Shown here in pieces: positions 53,376 through 64,000 of a stretch of 64,000 bases of DNA. Position numbers and translations under genes: made by a program. Source of the stretch: Octopus vulgaris (lineage: Eukaryota); NCBI GenBank assembly GCA_951406725.2, contig OX597820.1, positions 74,710,001 through 74,774,000 on the forward strand, written 5' to 3'. The notes beneath the pieces are model-generated. The model was not told the origin of the DNA. It ran no database searches and saw only the letters and a program-made list of their open reading frames with translations. Within the stretch, counting starts at the first letter, position 1. Each line of letters opens with the position of its first letter.

Positions 53376-54340
53376 CCCATGAAATGTTCAAATACACACA
53401 CAGAGACAGACAGACACACACACACACACATACATGCACACACACCCATGCACACACACATGCACACACGTACACGCACGCACACTCACACACACACACA
53501 CATGCACAGACTGAAACATATACATACATTCTTACAAATATACAAGATATAACAAATCGGCCTCATACATCAACCCACGTATTTATTCACATAAATACAG
53601 AATTACCTCTAAATATAACACAATGCATAGATGCTTTTTTTTTAAAAGCCGTTTACACACATATATATCAACATGTGTGTTTCCATACGTTACTATTTCC
53701 AGACACGGTCTGATAGATGTGAGATTACTTACAGACAAATTATATTTACTAGAATTTCGTCGACAATAACCATAAGAAGTCACTGAACTTTCAAAGCGGA
53801 ACTTTCAGAGCAATTGTCATATTTTTCACTAATACAAACTTTGATGGATTTTATTAAATTTCAGTATTTTGTGTTGTTATTATTCTTACTAGATTTGATG
53901 TCTAAAATAAAACATATGAAGTTTTTGTCACGAAATCAATGCAACTTTTCCTCAACATGCATATTATATTTGCATTATTTTATTACTTTCATGGTTCACA
54001 TAGAGTCGTACACGTGTACATGGTGGATATTAACTCGTAGACGAGTGTGATTATCACTGACTAATTATCATATCATTGACGTTAAAGACACAACTGTCAA
54101 CAATGCCGGTGCTGAAATTTAAAATCAATAACAGCCTGCACAACAACACTAAGATTCTCACCTACTAAGCCAAGCAGCATAGAAACAAGCAAGAGCATGA
54201 TCTCCAGCTTTGCAATGAAGCGGGTTTTATAGCAGAATTACATTCTCCAAGGGAGATACTACAGTTCTATATTTGAGAGATGAGGAATTATTTACATTAT
54301 TTACATTTGACGGCTATTTGTCCTCATCTTGTTTGTTGTT

Positions 54341-54386
54341 AACACAACGTTTCGGCTGTTATACCCTCCAGACTTCATCAGGTGTC
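54341..54386 (-). ncRNA. minimal type I hammerhead ribozyme motif
   Basis: GACAC-CUGAUGA-A-GUCUG..CAGCC-GAAAC-GUU-GUGUU. Confidence 0.75.
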
Positions 54387-54467
54387 TTGGGGAAATTTTT
54401 CGAACCTTGGTTCTCACTTCTAAGGTATTTTTCGATGTTTTTGTTGTTGTTGTTTTTTGTTGTTGTC

Positions 54468-54505
<38 letters not shown>

Positions 54506-54595
54506 GATCACTGCTTGGAATCGAACTCGGAATCTTGGGGTTAATAACCTGCGCTCTTAACTCCAAGATTCCGAGTTCGATTCCAGGCAGTGACT

Positions 54596-54659
<64 letters not shown>

Positions 54660-54717
54660 CAACAACAGCATCGAAAAATATCTCAGGAATGAGAACCCAG
54701 GTTTGAAAATTCCCCAA

Positions 54718-54763
54718 GACACCTGATGAAGGCTGGTGAGTATATCAGCTGAAACGTTGTGTT
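54718..54763 (+). ncRNA. minimal type I hammerhead ribozyme motif
   Basis: GACAC-CUGAUGA-A-GGCUG-GUGAGUAUAU-CAGCU-GAAAC-GUU-GUGUU; intact core. Confidence 0.8.
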
Positions 54764-55234
54764 AAAAACAAACAAGATGAGGACAAATATCCGTCAAGTG
54801 TAAATAATGTCCAAGGTAGATGTTTAAACAAAGACTAGGGTTCTCTAACTCCAAGCTGTTGGATGGTCGTTGATTCTACAGTGTCAATCCGTCCTTTGAA
54901 AGATTTGTTTTTAATCTTGCAGAATGTCCTCATCTCGAAAAAATTGAAAAAAAGAACTACCCTCCTCAGCCAGCAGGCTTGGTATGGATGCCGGTTTAGT
55001 CGCCGATCGCCTGATTATGCGATAACTTGTACTAGGTTATAAGTTACCAGTCGCAATAAGATTGATGTTTCAGAAATATATATATGCATGCATACCTATC
55101 ACAAAGGTATGTATACATATCTTATTTCTTACTAGTTTCAGAAAGAATTTGAGGCCATGCTGGGGCACTGCTTTCAAAATGATAGATTTCATTCCTGTAC
55201 AGTATCTGGTGAAGAAGTGTTTTGGAATGAGCTA

Positions 55235-56677
55235 CTCATTTTCTGTGCATCCTGCCGCGATATGTGTTCATCTGCTCTCCTGATTAAAAATTAGTCCAGA
55301 TGTTCCTTGAAGACACCTACATTGCTAGAAATGGGAGTAAAATACTCCTGGCGCTGTAAAAAAAGAGCACAAATGTATACATATACGCTTACATGGGAAG
55401 AAACAACCCCATGACCGAATCGAGAATCTCTCAGACTAGACAGCTTATTTCGCGTATTTCTGTACACTTCATCTGTGTGAGCCTCTTCATCTGCTGGTGT
55501 CGGCTCATTCCAGTTCGGCAAAACAAAACGATAGAAAAAGAAGTTCCAATACGAACATTTCAGTGTTTGACTGTCAATCTGAGGACAGTGCAGAGGATTC
55601 GGAGAGGAACTGGATGAGTCTAATGGTGATAACGAAGATACGGCAACTTGGAAAACTTACTCTGATCGTTCTTATATGAAAACAACTCCTGAAGTTGTCC
55701 GTGACAGCCAGGCCATAATTGACAACGATTCTTCCAAGTCAATCAGGTTCACTGACAGGGACATGCGAGTGTCTGAGTTTCTTATCAGGCAAGTAGTGCA
55801 GGAAGACATTCGGTATTCCTCGTACACGATGGAAAAGGGCCAATTTTCATCCCAAGTCATAAAGGATAAGAGGAAAGAACAAACTCATGCATCCCCTCCT
55901 ACCGAACATGCTTTGGTTTTTCTCAGACCAGAAAAAATTCTGCCAGCATCAAATGGTGAACACACAGAACAGCTTGCAGTGTCCCCAAAACATGTACCGA
56001 GAGGGATAAAAATCAAACATCCAGTCAACACCATGGTGTTTGGAGTGATTACTACTGATGGCGATATTATGCCTCCATTCATCTTTCCACACGGTTTCAG
56101 ACTCAACACGGAGGCCTACATCAAGTACTTGGATGAGATAGTGCTGCTCTGGATCAAGAGGGTGGCTGCTGGAAGACTCTATGTCTGGCAACAGGACTCT
56201 GCGCCATACCACACAAGCAGGAGAACCCAGTCATGGTTGTCAGACAATTTCTGCAACCACATCACCGCTAACATCTAGCCACCTAACTCCCCAGACTGCA
56301 ACATCCTTGGTTATTATACGTAGGCGTAGTTGAATGAGAGACCAACAAAACTCCTTGTAACACCAAAGATGAACTGAAGGCAAGGATTATGGCAGCATTC
56401 ACCAACTTAAACAAGGAGATCGTCCAGAAGAGTTGCAAGCGATTCCGAAGTCGTCTGGAGGCCGTGGTTGAAACCAACGGCGATTTTGTAGAATAAATTT
56501 ACACTTTAGTATTTCAAGATATTTTTATGTAATTTTGGTAAATATATCTGTTAAAATGAGATGTCAGTGTTATTTTCACTTTTGTGAAATTTAGTTTATT
56601 CATTTATTTATTTAGTTCATATACTTAATTTAGTTTATACACTTTTACGTAATTTAGTTTATTCCCCGCACCTTGTA
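55235..56677 (+). mobile_element. DD37D (maT-type) Tc1/mariner transposon, decayed
   Basis: FFSDQK, MVFGVI, WQQDSAPYH, PPNSPDCNIL(G)YY with 37 residues from the second D to the mutated third; RSRLEAVVETNGDFVE*; 3' terminus AGTTTATTCCCCGCACCTTG-TA. 5' boundary approximate. Confidence 0.85.
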
Positions 56678-57095
56678 TTCTGTGTGTGTGTGTGTGTGTT
56701 TACATATATCATCATATACTAATAATATATGTCTGTATATACGCGTGCGTATGAATATGTCACGTGTGTGTAACAACCTACATCCGTTTCCATACAGACT
56801 TATTGAAAGTTACACACTCACTCCTCTTGCTATCTCTCTCTCCCCCTCTCTCTCTCACACACACATACACACAAACAACACAAGCTATAGCTTACCTGTT
56901 CCTTGATGCTTACTCTCCACACGCTTGCTCTACTTCAATAGACACCGACACACGATGTGCACTATCATTAGCATATACACGCAGCTACATACAAACGACA
57001 GGCCTACAACGCCACAACGCAGACGCCATACGAAGTATCGACAAAAATGCATATGACACATCTACGTAACTCATAAATACAGAGATACCAGAGAA

Positions 57096-57137
<42 letters not shown>

Positions 57138-57321
57138 AGAGAGAGAGAGAGAGAGAGATTGCCACTCACTTATCAGTTCCCTTGAATTCGCTCCCTCACG
57201 TAAAAATAATTCCACTGCCGTCAACTTGCTTTCATCCTTTCGGGGGTAGATGAACACTTCCCCACAAATTTCAGGCCTTTTGCCTATAGTTGAAAGTATA
57301 ATAATAATTATTGTTATTATT

Positions 57322-57535
57322 ATGGAGGAGAGTTGGCGGAATCGTTAGCACACCGGGCAAAATGCTTAGTGGCATCTCGTCCGTCCTTACACTCTGAGTT
57401 CAAATTCCGTCGATGTCGGCGTTGCCTTTATCTTTTCGGGGTAGATAAACTAAGTACTAGTGAAACACTGGGGTCTATGTAATCGATTATCCCTTCCCCA
57501 AAATGTCAGGCAGTGTGCCTTCAGTAGAAAGGATT
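57322..57535 (+). mobile_element. S2 SINE (preceded by a fragment at ~57215-57300)
   Basis: Matches S2. Confidence 0.85.
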
Positions 57536-57662
57536 ATTATTATTATTACTATTATTATTATTATTAGTATATATGGTCGTAGTAGTAGTAGTAACAGGAA
57601 CAGCAGCAGCAGTAATAGTAATTGTAGTAGTAATATTGCTATTAAAGGGGCGAAGCAGCAGA

Positions 57663-57707
<45 letters not shown>

Positions 57708-57779
57708 AAAACAGATACACACACACACACACATAAATGTGCACATATATAAACAAATACACATGCACAAACAACATAT

Positions 57780-58072
57780 CTTCTCTTCTACTCTAGGCAC
57801 AAAGCCCGACATTTGGTGGGAGGGGACCAGTCGATTAAATCGACCTCAGTACGCAACTGGTACTTAATTTATCGACCCCAAAAGGATGAAAGGCAAAGTC
57901 GACTTCGGCGGAATTTGCCAGAATACATATATTCTTCTCTACTCAAAGCACAAGGCCCGAAATTGTGGGGGAGGGTGCCAGTCGATTAAATCAACCCCAG
58001 TGCCAAACAGGTACTTAATTTATCGACTCCGAAAGAATGAAAGGCAATGTCAACCTCGGCGGAATTTGAACA
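57780..58072 (-). mobile_element. tandem dimer of 5'-truncated S2 SINE
   Basis: Two ~145-bp units, both stopping at GGCGGAATTTG. Confidence 0.88.
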
Positions 58073-58681
58073 ACATACATATATTGCGCTATGTATGTAT
58101 TATCAGGGCATCATTTCTAAATATTTCTGCGTCTCAATTGTGATGGAGACTAATTTTGTATTTATACTTCCAATATATAATTTATAATTCATACAAAATT
58201 AAGAACCACAAAAAAATTATGAGAGTTTTCTATAGAAAGTAATTTATAGCTGATTTACCGTAATTTGCAACAATTATTTGAGGAATGGCAGCGTATTCTT
58301 TAATGATTTATCAAGTCTTTTTTTTCAGCATTACTTTCTTTCATGATCTAGAACACTATTAATAACTTAGCCAATATATTTTTGACAAAACTCATTTACA
58401 TACACACATACATACATACATACATACATACATACATACATACATACATACATACATACAAACATACCTACATACATATGAATCTGTCTGTCTCGCTCCC
58501 CCTCTCTCTCTGTATGTATGTGTGTGTGTGTATGTATGTGTCTGTGCGTGTGTGTGCGTGCTAAAACATACATATAAACAAACTCGCTCTCACGATGCCC
58601 AACCTCACGTGATCAACAAGATACAGAAACTTATTAGCCAAAGAGATTGATTTTCACCACTATGATGTATACAAGTATATG

Positions 58682-58721
<40 letters not shown>

Positions 58722-58755
58722 CACCTATAAAACACACCCACATGTACATGTATAT

Positions 58756-58809
<54 letters not shown>

Positions 58810-59431
58810 ATGTGTTTACACACACACACACACACACATATATATATTTATATATATGTATGCATATATAGATGGAAAGAGATCGATTAAAGGATAACAA
58901 AGATAGATGAACAGATTCACGTGGATGTATATATTATTTATATATCTGTTCCTGTTCTTGTGAGAGAGAGAAATGGGAAGTGGGTGGGAGAGAGGGAGAG
59001 AGATGGTTTACATGTAACCGATATATATTGGCACATAAATCACAGCTTAGTAATAATATTGACTGTATTCCCTCATACAAATTTTATTTTACCTTTAAAA
59101 TTTTATGTCAGTTGCGTAAAAATTAATGACATTTTCATAATATATCACATATATAGAAAAATATTATATTTATATATATATATATATGTATTTATTTCGA
59201 CCATATATCTGTTTGTGATAGTTTTGCTTATTTCATTCAGTTTATTTTGATAGCTTCTAAAATGTTTTTCTACACAAACTATTCTCAAATTAGACAACTT
59301 CTTCAATGTTTGTTTAACGTTTCTGGAAATAAATTCAAAGTCTTCTTTTCGCCAAAACTTTAGTAAAGTTTTAAAAGGAAGTATACGTTACATAATATAT
59401 ATATATATTAATATATTACTTGTGCGTTAGT

Positions 59432-59648
59432 AGGCTGGTAATGTAAAAGAATCGTTAACACGCCTGGCAAAATATTTAGCGGCATTTTGTCGTTTTTCTA
59501 CGTTCTGAGTGCAAATTCCGTCGAGGTCGACTTTGCTTTTCATCCTTTCGGGGTCGATAAAATAAGTACCAGTTGAATACTAGAGTCTATATAATCGAAT
59601 GTCCTATTCCCCTGAAATTGCTGGCCTTGTGCCAAACTTTGAAGCCAA
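59432..59648 (+). mobile_element. S2 SINE
   Basis: TTTCATCCTTTCGGGGTCGATAAAATAAGTACC core. Confidence 0.85.
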
Positions 59649-60010
59649 TGTATTACTTGTGCATTAGAATGTAATTATAGTTAGAAGCTTTTTGTTAATC
59701 CCGTGGGTATAAAGGGAGGTAATTACTTTCTCTTTATACACAACATCTTCATGGAAAGTAGACGCGTCAACTGGACTAGTTTCGAAAATGTATTGGGATT
59801 TCACGAGCAACCGCGTATTCTCTTTATGTCCCAACGAATACTTAACTTAAATTTATATTTATATTGAGTATGGCATCGCTGAGGAAATCGTACCTCAGGA
59901 ATGAAACTGCTTCCTCTAATCCTTCTTTATCTACTTACGGAATATTTTATGTAAGATCAAGGTGATTTTTACATATATGTACACATACGAAAAAAAAATA
60001 AATAAAAAGA

Positions 60011-60322
60011 GTGAAGGCGCATGGCTCAGTGGTTAGAGCGTCGAACTTACGATCGTCGGGTTGTGAGTTCGAATTCCGGACAGGGCTGCGTGCTGCGTTC
60101 TTGAGAAAGACACTTTATTTCGCGTAGCTGTAGAAATGAGTTGCGACGTCACAGGTGCCAAGCTGTATCGGCCCCTTTGCCTTTCCCTTGGATAACATTA
60201 GTGGAGTGGATATGGGAGGCTGGTAGGCATGGGAAACTGCTGGTCTTCCATAAACAACCTGGCACGGACTTGTGCCTTTCTAGGTGCAATCCCATGGTCA
60301 GTCATGACCGAAGGAGGTCTCA
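60011..60322 (+). mobile_element. tRNA-derived SINE, family S3, near full length
   Basis: A box TGGCTCAGTGG, B box GAGTTCGAATTCC; body matches 223-490. Confidence 0.9.
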
Positions 60323-61569
60323 GCAACACATACGATATTGGCTACCCGATCTACACGTATATTTCGTTGTGTAACATAGCATTATATAATGCAGCCTTTG
60401 CTATACTTAAATAGACTGGAATGCCTTTTATCTTAGTTCTGTTCGATTTAGTGCTAGCTTGTTGCTAGGGAACATGTTTTCTAGTTACATTTTCATCGAG
60501 AAACTTCAACCTTTTATTATTCTATAATTAACAATAATTGTATCGGCACCCAACAGCAGTTTATCTCTTGGCTATTTCCATGAATATCATAATAAAGCAG
60601 AAGATAACCCTCGTATTCTTCAAAGAAGGTAACTCAAACCAAATACAAGGTTTTTGTTTTACGCACCGGGATTTGTTTTGTCATTTCTCTCACTCTCCCA
60701 TTCACATTCACTTACACACCCAACCACTTATAATATGCAAATTATTTTTTCCTTTTCTTTGAAGCTGCTGGATTTGACGTGAATATGAAGAGTTTAGTGA
60801 ATTGTATCTCTCATATTGCTCATTTTTAGAGATCTCTAGGAGTATATTAGCATCTCATTTTGTAATGATTTATTAGCGTGTGGTTTGAGTGATAATAATC
60901 TGCTACGTTCAGCATGTCGGGTGACAACAAGGATCCCTCATTGCCTATTAGTATATTGAAGGGATCTATAACGAATTTGTAAATTACTGATTATGCATGA
61001 AATACTTATTATCTGGGAATCGTTCATTATAAACAGGATCACGCTGATTATAAAACAAGCTGTTTGTGTGCATACTGGAACAATTTCAAAATATAAAATC
61101 AGATAGAGTCAAATGAATTGAATTGGCGTTTGATTAGCTGGATGATGTAATAAACGGTAAATTAATTACGGTGTACAACACTTTCTGATATTACTGCGGG
61201 GAAAAGTCAACGAACTGCAGCGCAGATAAGAAAATGAGCTTGGGCTTCGGTAATAATAAAATTCAGCCTGTTCAAATACAACTCAAGTAATTGCACTTCA
61301 AAATCGCTACATGCGTTAACAATTGCAAATATTAGCTCTAAATCTAAATAAAACATACTTCAAATTATAATAAATGTCACACGTGTTAAAGACAGAAAAT
61401 GAAACATGCAGCTTTACGTTCAGCATAAGATATAGAGATTGTCGTTGTAATAATTGATGTTCATCAACGGTTAGCGCTGACGTATGCATAAATCCATTTC
61501 CTTGTTGAAATCTAATAAATGCGGCTACAGGTGATTATGCTTTAATTAATTGAGATATGAATTAATAAC

Positions 61570-62355
61570 AATACATACATATATACATACATACATACAA
61601 ACATACATAGATGCATACATACATACATATATACATACATAGATGCATACATACATAGATGCATACATAATACATAGATAATACATACATACTTACATGC
61701 ATACATACATAAATACATACATAAATACATAGATAATGCATACATACTTACATGCATACACACATACATACATAAATACATACAAACATACATAAATACA
61801 TGCATACATAAATACATACATACATGCATATATACATATATACATAAATATATATACATAAATATGCACATATATACATACATACATACGTACATACATA
61901 CATACGTACATACATAAATAGCTGCATACATGAATACATACATAAATACATAGATAATACATACATACTTACATGCATACACACATACATACATAAATAC
62001 ATACATAAATACATAGATAATACATACATACTTACAGGCATACACACATACATACATAAATACATACATAAATACATAGATAATGCATACATACTTACAT
62101 GCATACACACATACATACATAAATACATACATACATACATAAATACATGCATACATAAATACATACATACCTGCACATATACATAAATACGCACATATAT
62201 ACATATATACGTACATACGTACATACATATATACATACATGCATAAATAGATGCATACATAAATACATACATACATGTATATATACATAAATACATAAAT
62301 ACATACATACATACATACATACATACATACATACATACATACATACATACAAACA
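61570..62355. repeat. (TACA)n-derived tract with ~63-bp higher-order repeat
   Basis: ACATAGATAAT(A/G)CATACATACTTACA marker recurs five times. Confidence 0.9.
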
Positions 62356-62549
62356 TACGCGTGTCTGTGTGTGTGTGTGGGGGGGTACATTTAAATTCAG
62401 CCAAGTCAACAGTGTTTCAAGTAGAATAGAAGTTAAGATATTCTCTCATTCTAGGAAGGAATTCGTTTCCTTTGCATTTGCTGCCAATGCAAATGAGGAA
62501 TATATTTATATGGCAATACTTGATTTGGCATGTTTATTTTCAAATTAAA

Positions 62550-62890
62550 AGGCTGTGCGTTTATGGACCTCACTTTGCAACAACGTGTATCTAGGTTCAG
62601 TCCCACTGCGCGGCACTTTAGGAATGTGTTTCTACTGTGTCGAAGCCCGTCGTGAATGTGTGTGTATGTGTTTGTATGATTGTGTGTGTGTGCGTGTGTA
62701 TATGTGTATGAGCATGTGTGAGCGTATGGGTGTCTGTTTGTTCCTCCACCACTGCTTAACAACCGACTTTGGTTTGTTTACGTTCTCGTAACTTGGTGAT
62801 TCGACGAAAGAGCTCATACAAGAAGCGCTAGAATTACGAAATAAATCTTGGGCTGATTTGTTGGACTAGACCCTTTAAGGCGATCCCCTA
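62550..62890 (+). mobile_element. degenerate S1 SINE
   Basis: GGTTCAGTCCCACTGCG head and diverged tail. Confidence 0.7.
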
Positions 62891-63204
62891 GAACGATTGA
62901 TGTCCAGTAACTGGACTTAATAAAAGTTTATTAAGATAAATAATAAAAGATAATTGTATTTCTATGCTGCACGTCAAGTATAAACCCGACCCTGAAGTCT
63001 GTATGACCGCCAAAAATATCAGTTGAATATACCTACAGTCTGAAAAATGGAAGCCGTATTGGATAATGTATTCAAAGATACACAAAAGAGGAATGCTGAT
63101 CTCTGCTGGAGAGTCTTTGTTCATTGGCTCGTCTGCTCAGTCATCAATGACCTATGGTTAAATAACAGCGAATGCAAATTATTTCTTGTGTTTGAATCAA
63201 TAAT

Positions 63205-63680
63205 ATGGGTTCGGGTTTAGTCCCGCTGCATGGCACCTTGAGCAAGTGTTTTTTACTGCATCCTCGAACCGTGGATTTCGTAGACAAAAACTGAAAGAAG
63301 CCCGGCATATATAGCGTAGAAGATGCTTGTAAGCCATTTAAGAACATACAAAAACCATTAATTTCACCTCAACATTTAAACATCATTTGTGTCAAAATAT
63401 TTTGGTCACATTCGAACCGCGACCACTGACAAAACTTCGTGCTGCATCTGAGAAAGTAACAGTTAGTTCATGAAATATATATGTTTATGTATGTATGTAT
63501 GTATGTATTGTTCGTTCCACACCACCACCACTTGACAACCGGTGCACGTGTTTACATCCCCATAACTTAGCGGTCTGGCAAAAGTAACTGATAGAACAAG
63601 TGCTAAGCTTTTAAAAAGTACTCGGTCGATACGTTCGTGCTCCAACATGGCCACAATGAAATGAGTGAAACAAGTGAAAG
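63205..63680 (+). mobile_element. S1 SINE split into 5' (63205-63305) and 3' (63500-63680) halves
   Basis: Halves separated by unrelated sequence at the position of the internal microsatellite. Confidence 0.6.
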
Positions 63681-63975
63681 TTAAATAGGTGAACGGTAAA
63701 TATATTAGCACCGAATGCATTTAAATTGGAATATACAATATTTAGAGCTGTAGCTAAATAAGCAGTGATACTTAATAACGGCTCTCTACAACACTAGCTG
63801 AAATACCATCTTAGGCGACATGGCATTTAATCCCCTAAGAACCAGGATGTAATATTCTATCCGAGTAATGGGATTTCTTATCAAATAAGTCCTCTTCGAC
63901 CCCTTCCACCAAATATTGGAAACAGGTGTGGCTAAAAGCACCAAATTTGTGCTTTTCATCTCTTAAGGGTGGAAA

Positions 63976-64000
63976 TACGAGGTGTTGCTGAAAAGTTCCT
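63976..64000 (+). mobile_element. mariner terminal inverted repeat (runs off window)
   Basis: TA-CGAGGTGTTGCTGAAAAGTTCCT resembles mariner TIRs; only 25 bp visible. Confidence 0.5.

Larger units (their letters stand above)
54258..54809. mobile_element. tRNA-headed hammerhead SINE (S5), copy D: head-to-head palindromic dimer with TSD
   Basis: Minus unit 54260-54561 and plus unit 54562-54810; candidate TSD TCCAAGGGAGAT (54246-54257) / TCCAAGGTAGAT (54810-54821). Confidence 0.9.

Overview
AT-rich, repeat-saturated eukaryotic DNA. The SINE families and microsatellite load suggest an octopod cephalopod (Octopus-like) intron or intergenic region; this is inferred, not searched. I found no convincing host protein-coding gene, rRNA, true tRNA gene or CRISPR. 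Almost all supplied ORFs are microsatellite read-throughs. Real coding remnants are all from transposons: two CR1-type LINEs, three or four R4/Dong-type pieces, an RTE 3' end, a Penelope-like element (RT + GIY-YIG), mariner, Tc1 and a DD37D/maT transposase. There are about 35 tRNA-derived SINE copies or fragments from several modular families. The notable signal is a cluster of hammerhead-ribozyme (HHR)-bearing non-coding retroelements: (i) a tRNA-headed SINE ending in a minimal type I hammerhead, at four loci and always as a divergent inverted pair; (ii) two distantly related ~350-nt retrozyme-like monomers, each in partial tandem plus an inverted copy; (iii) a hammerhead in the 3' region of the Penelope element; (iv) another minimal hammerhead element; and (v) two perfect spacer-less palindromes next to (TA)n. 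Together they suggest a Penelope-driven family of self-cleaving non-autonomous RNAs. Ribozyme activity is inferred from hand-folded motifs only.
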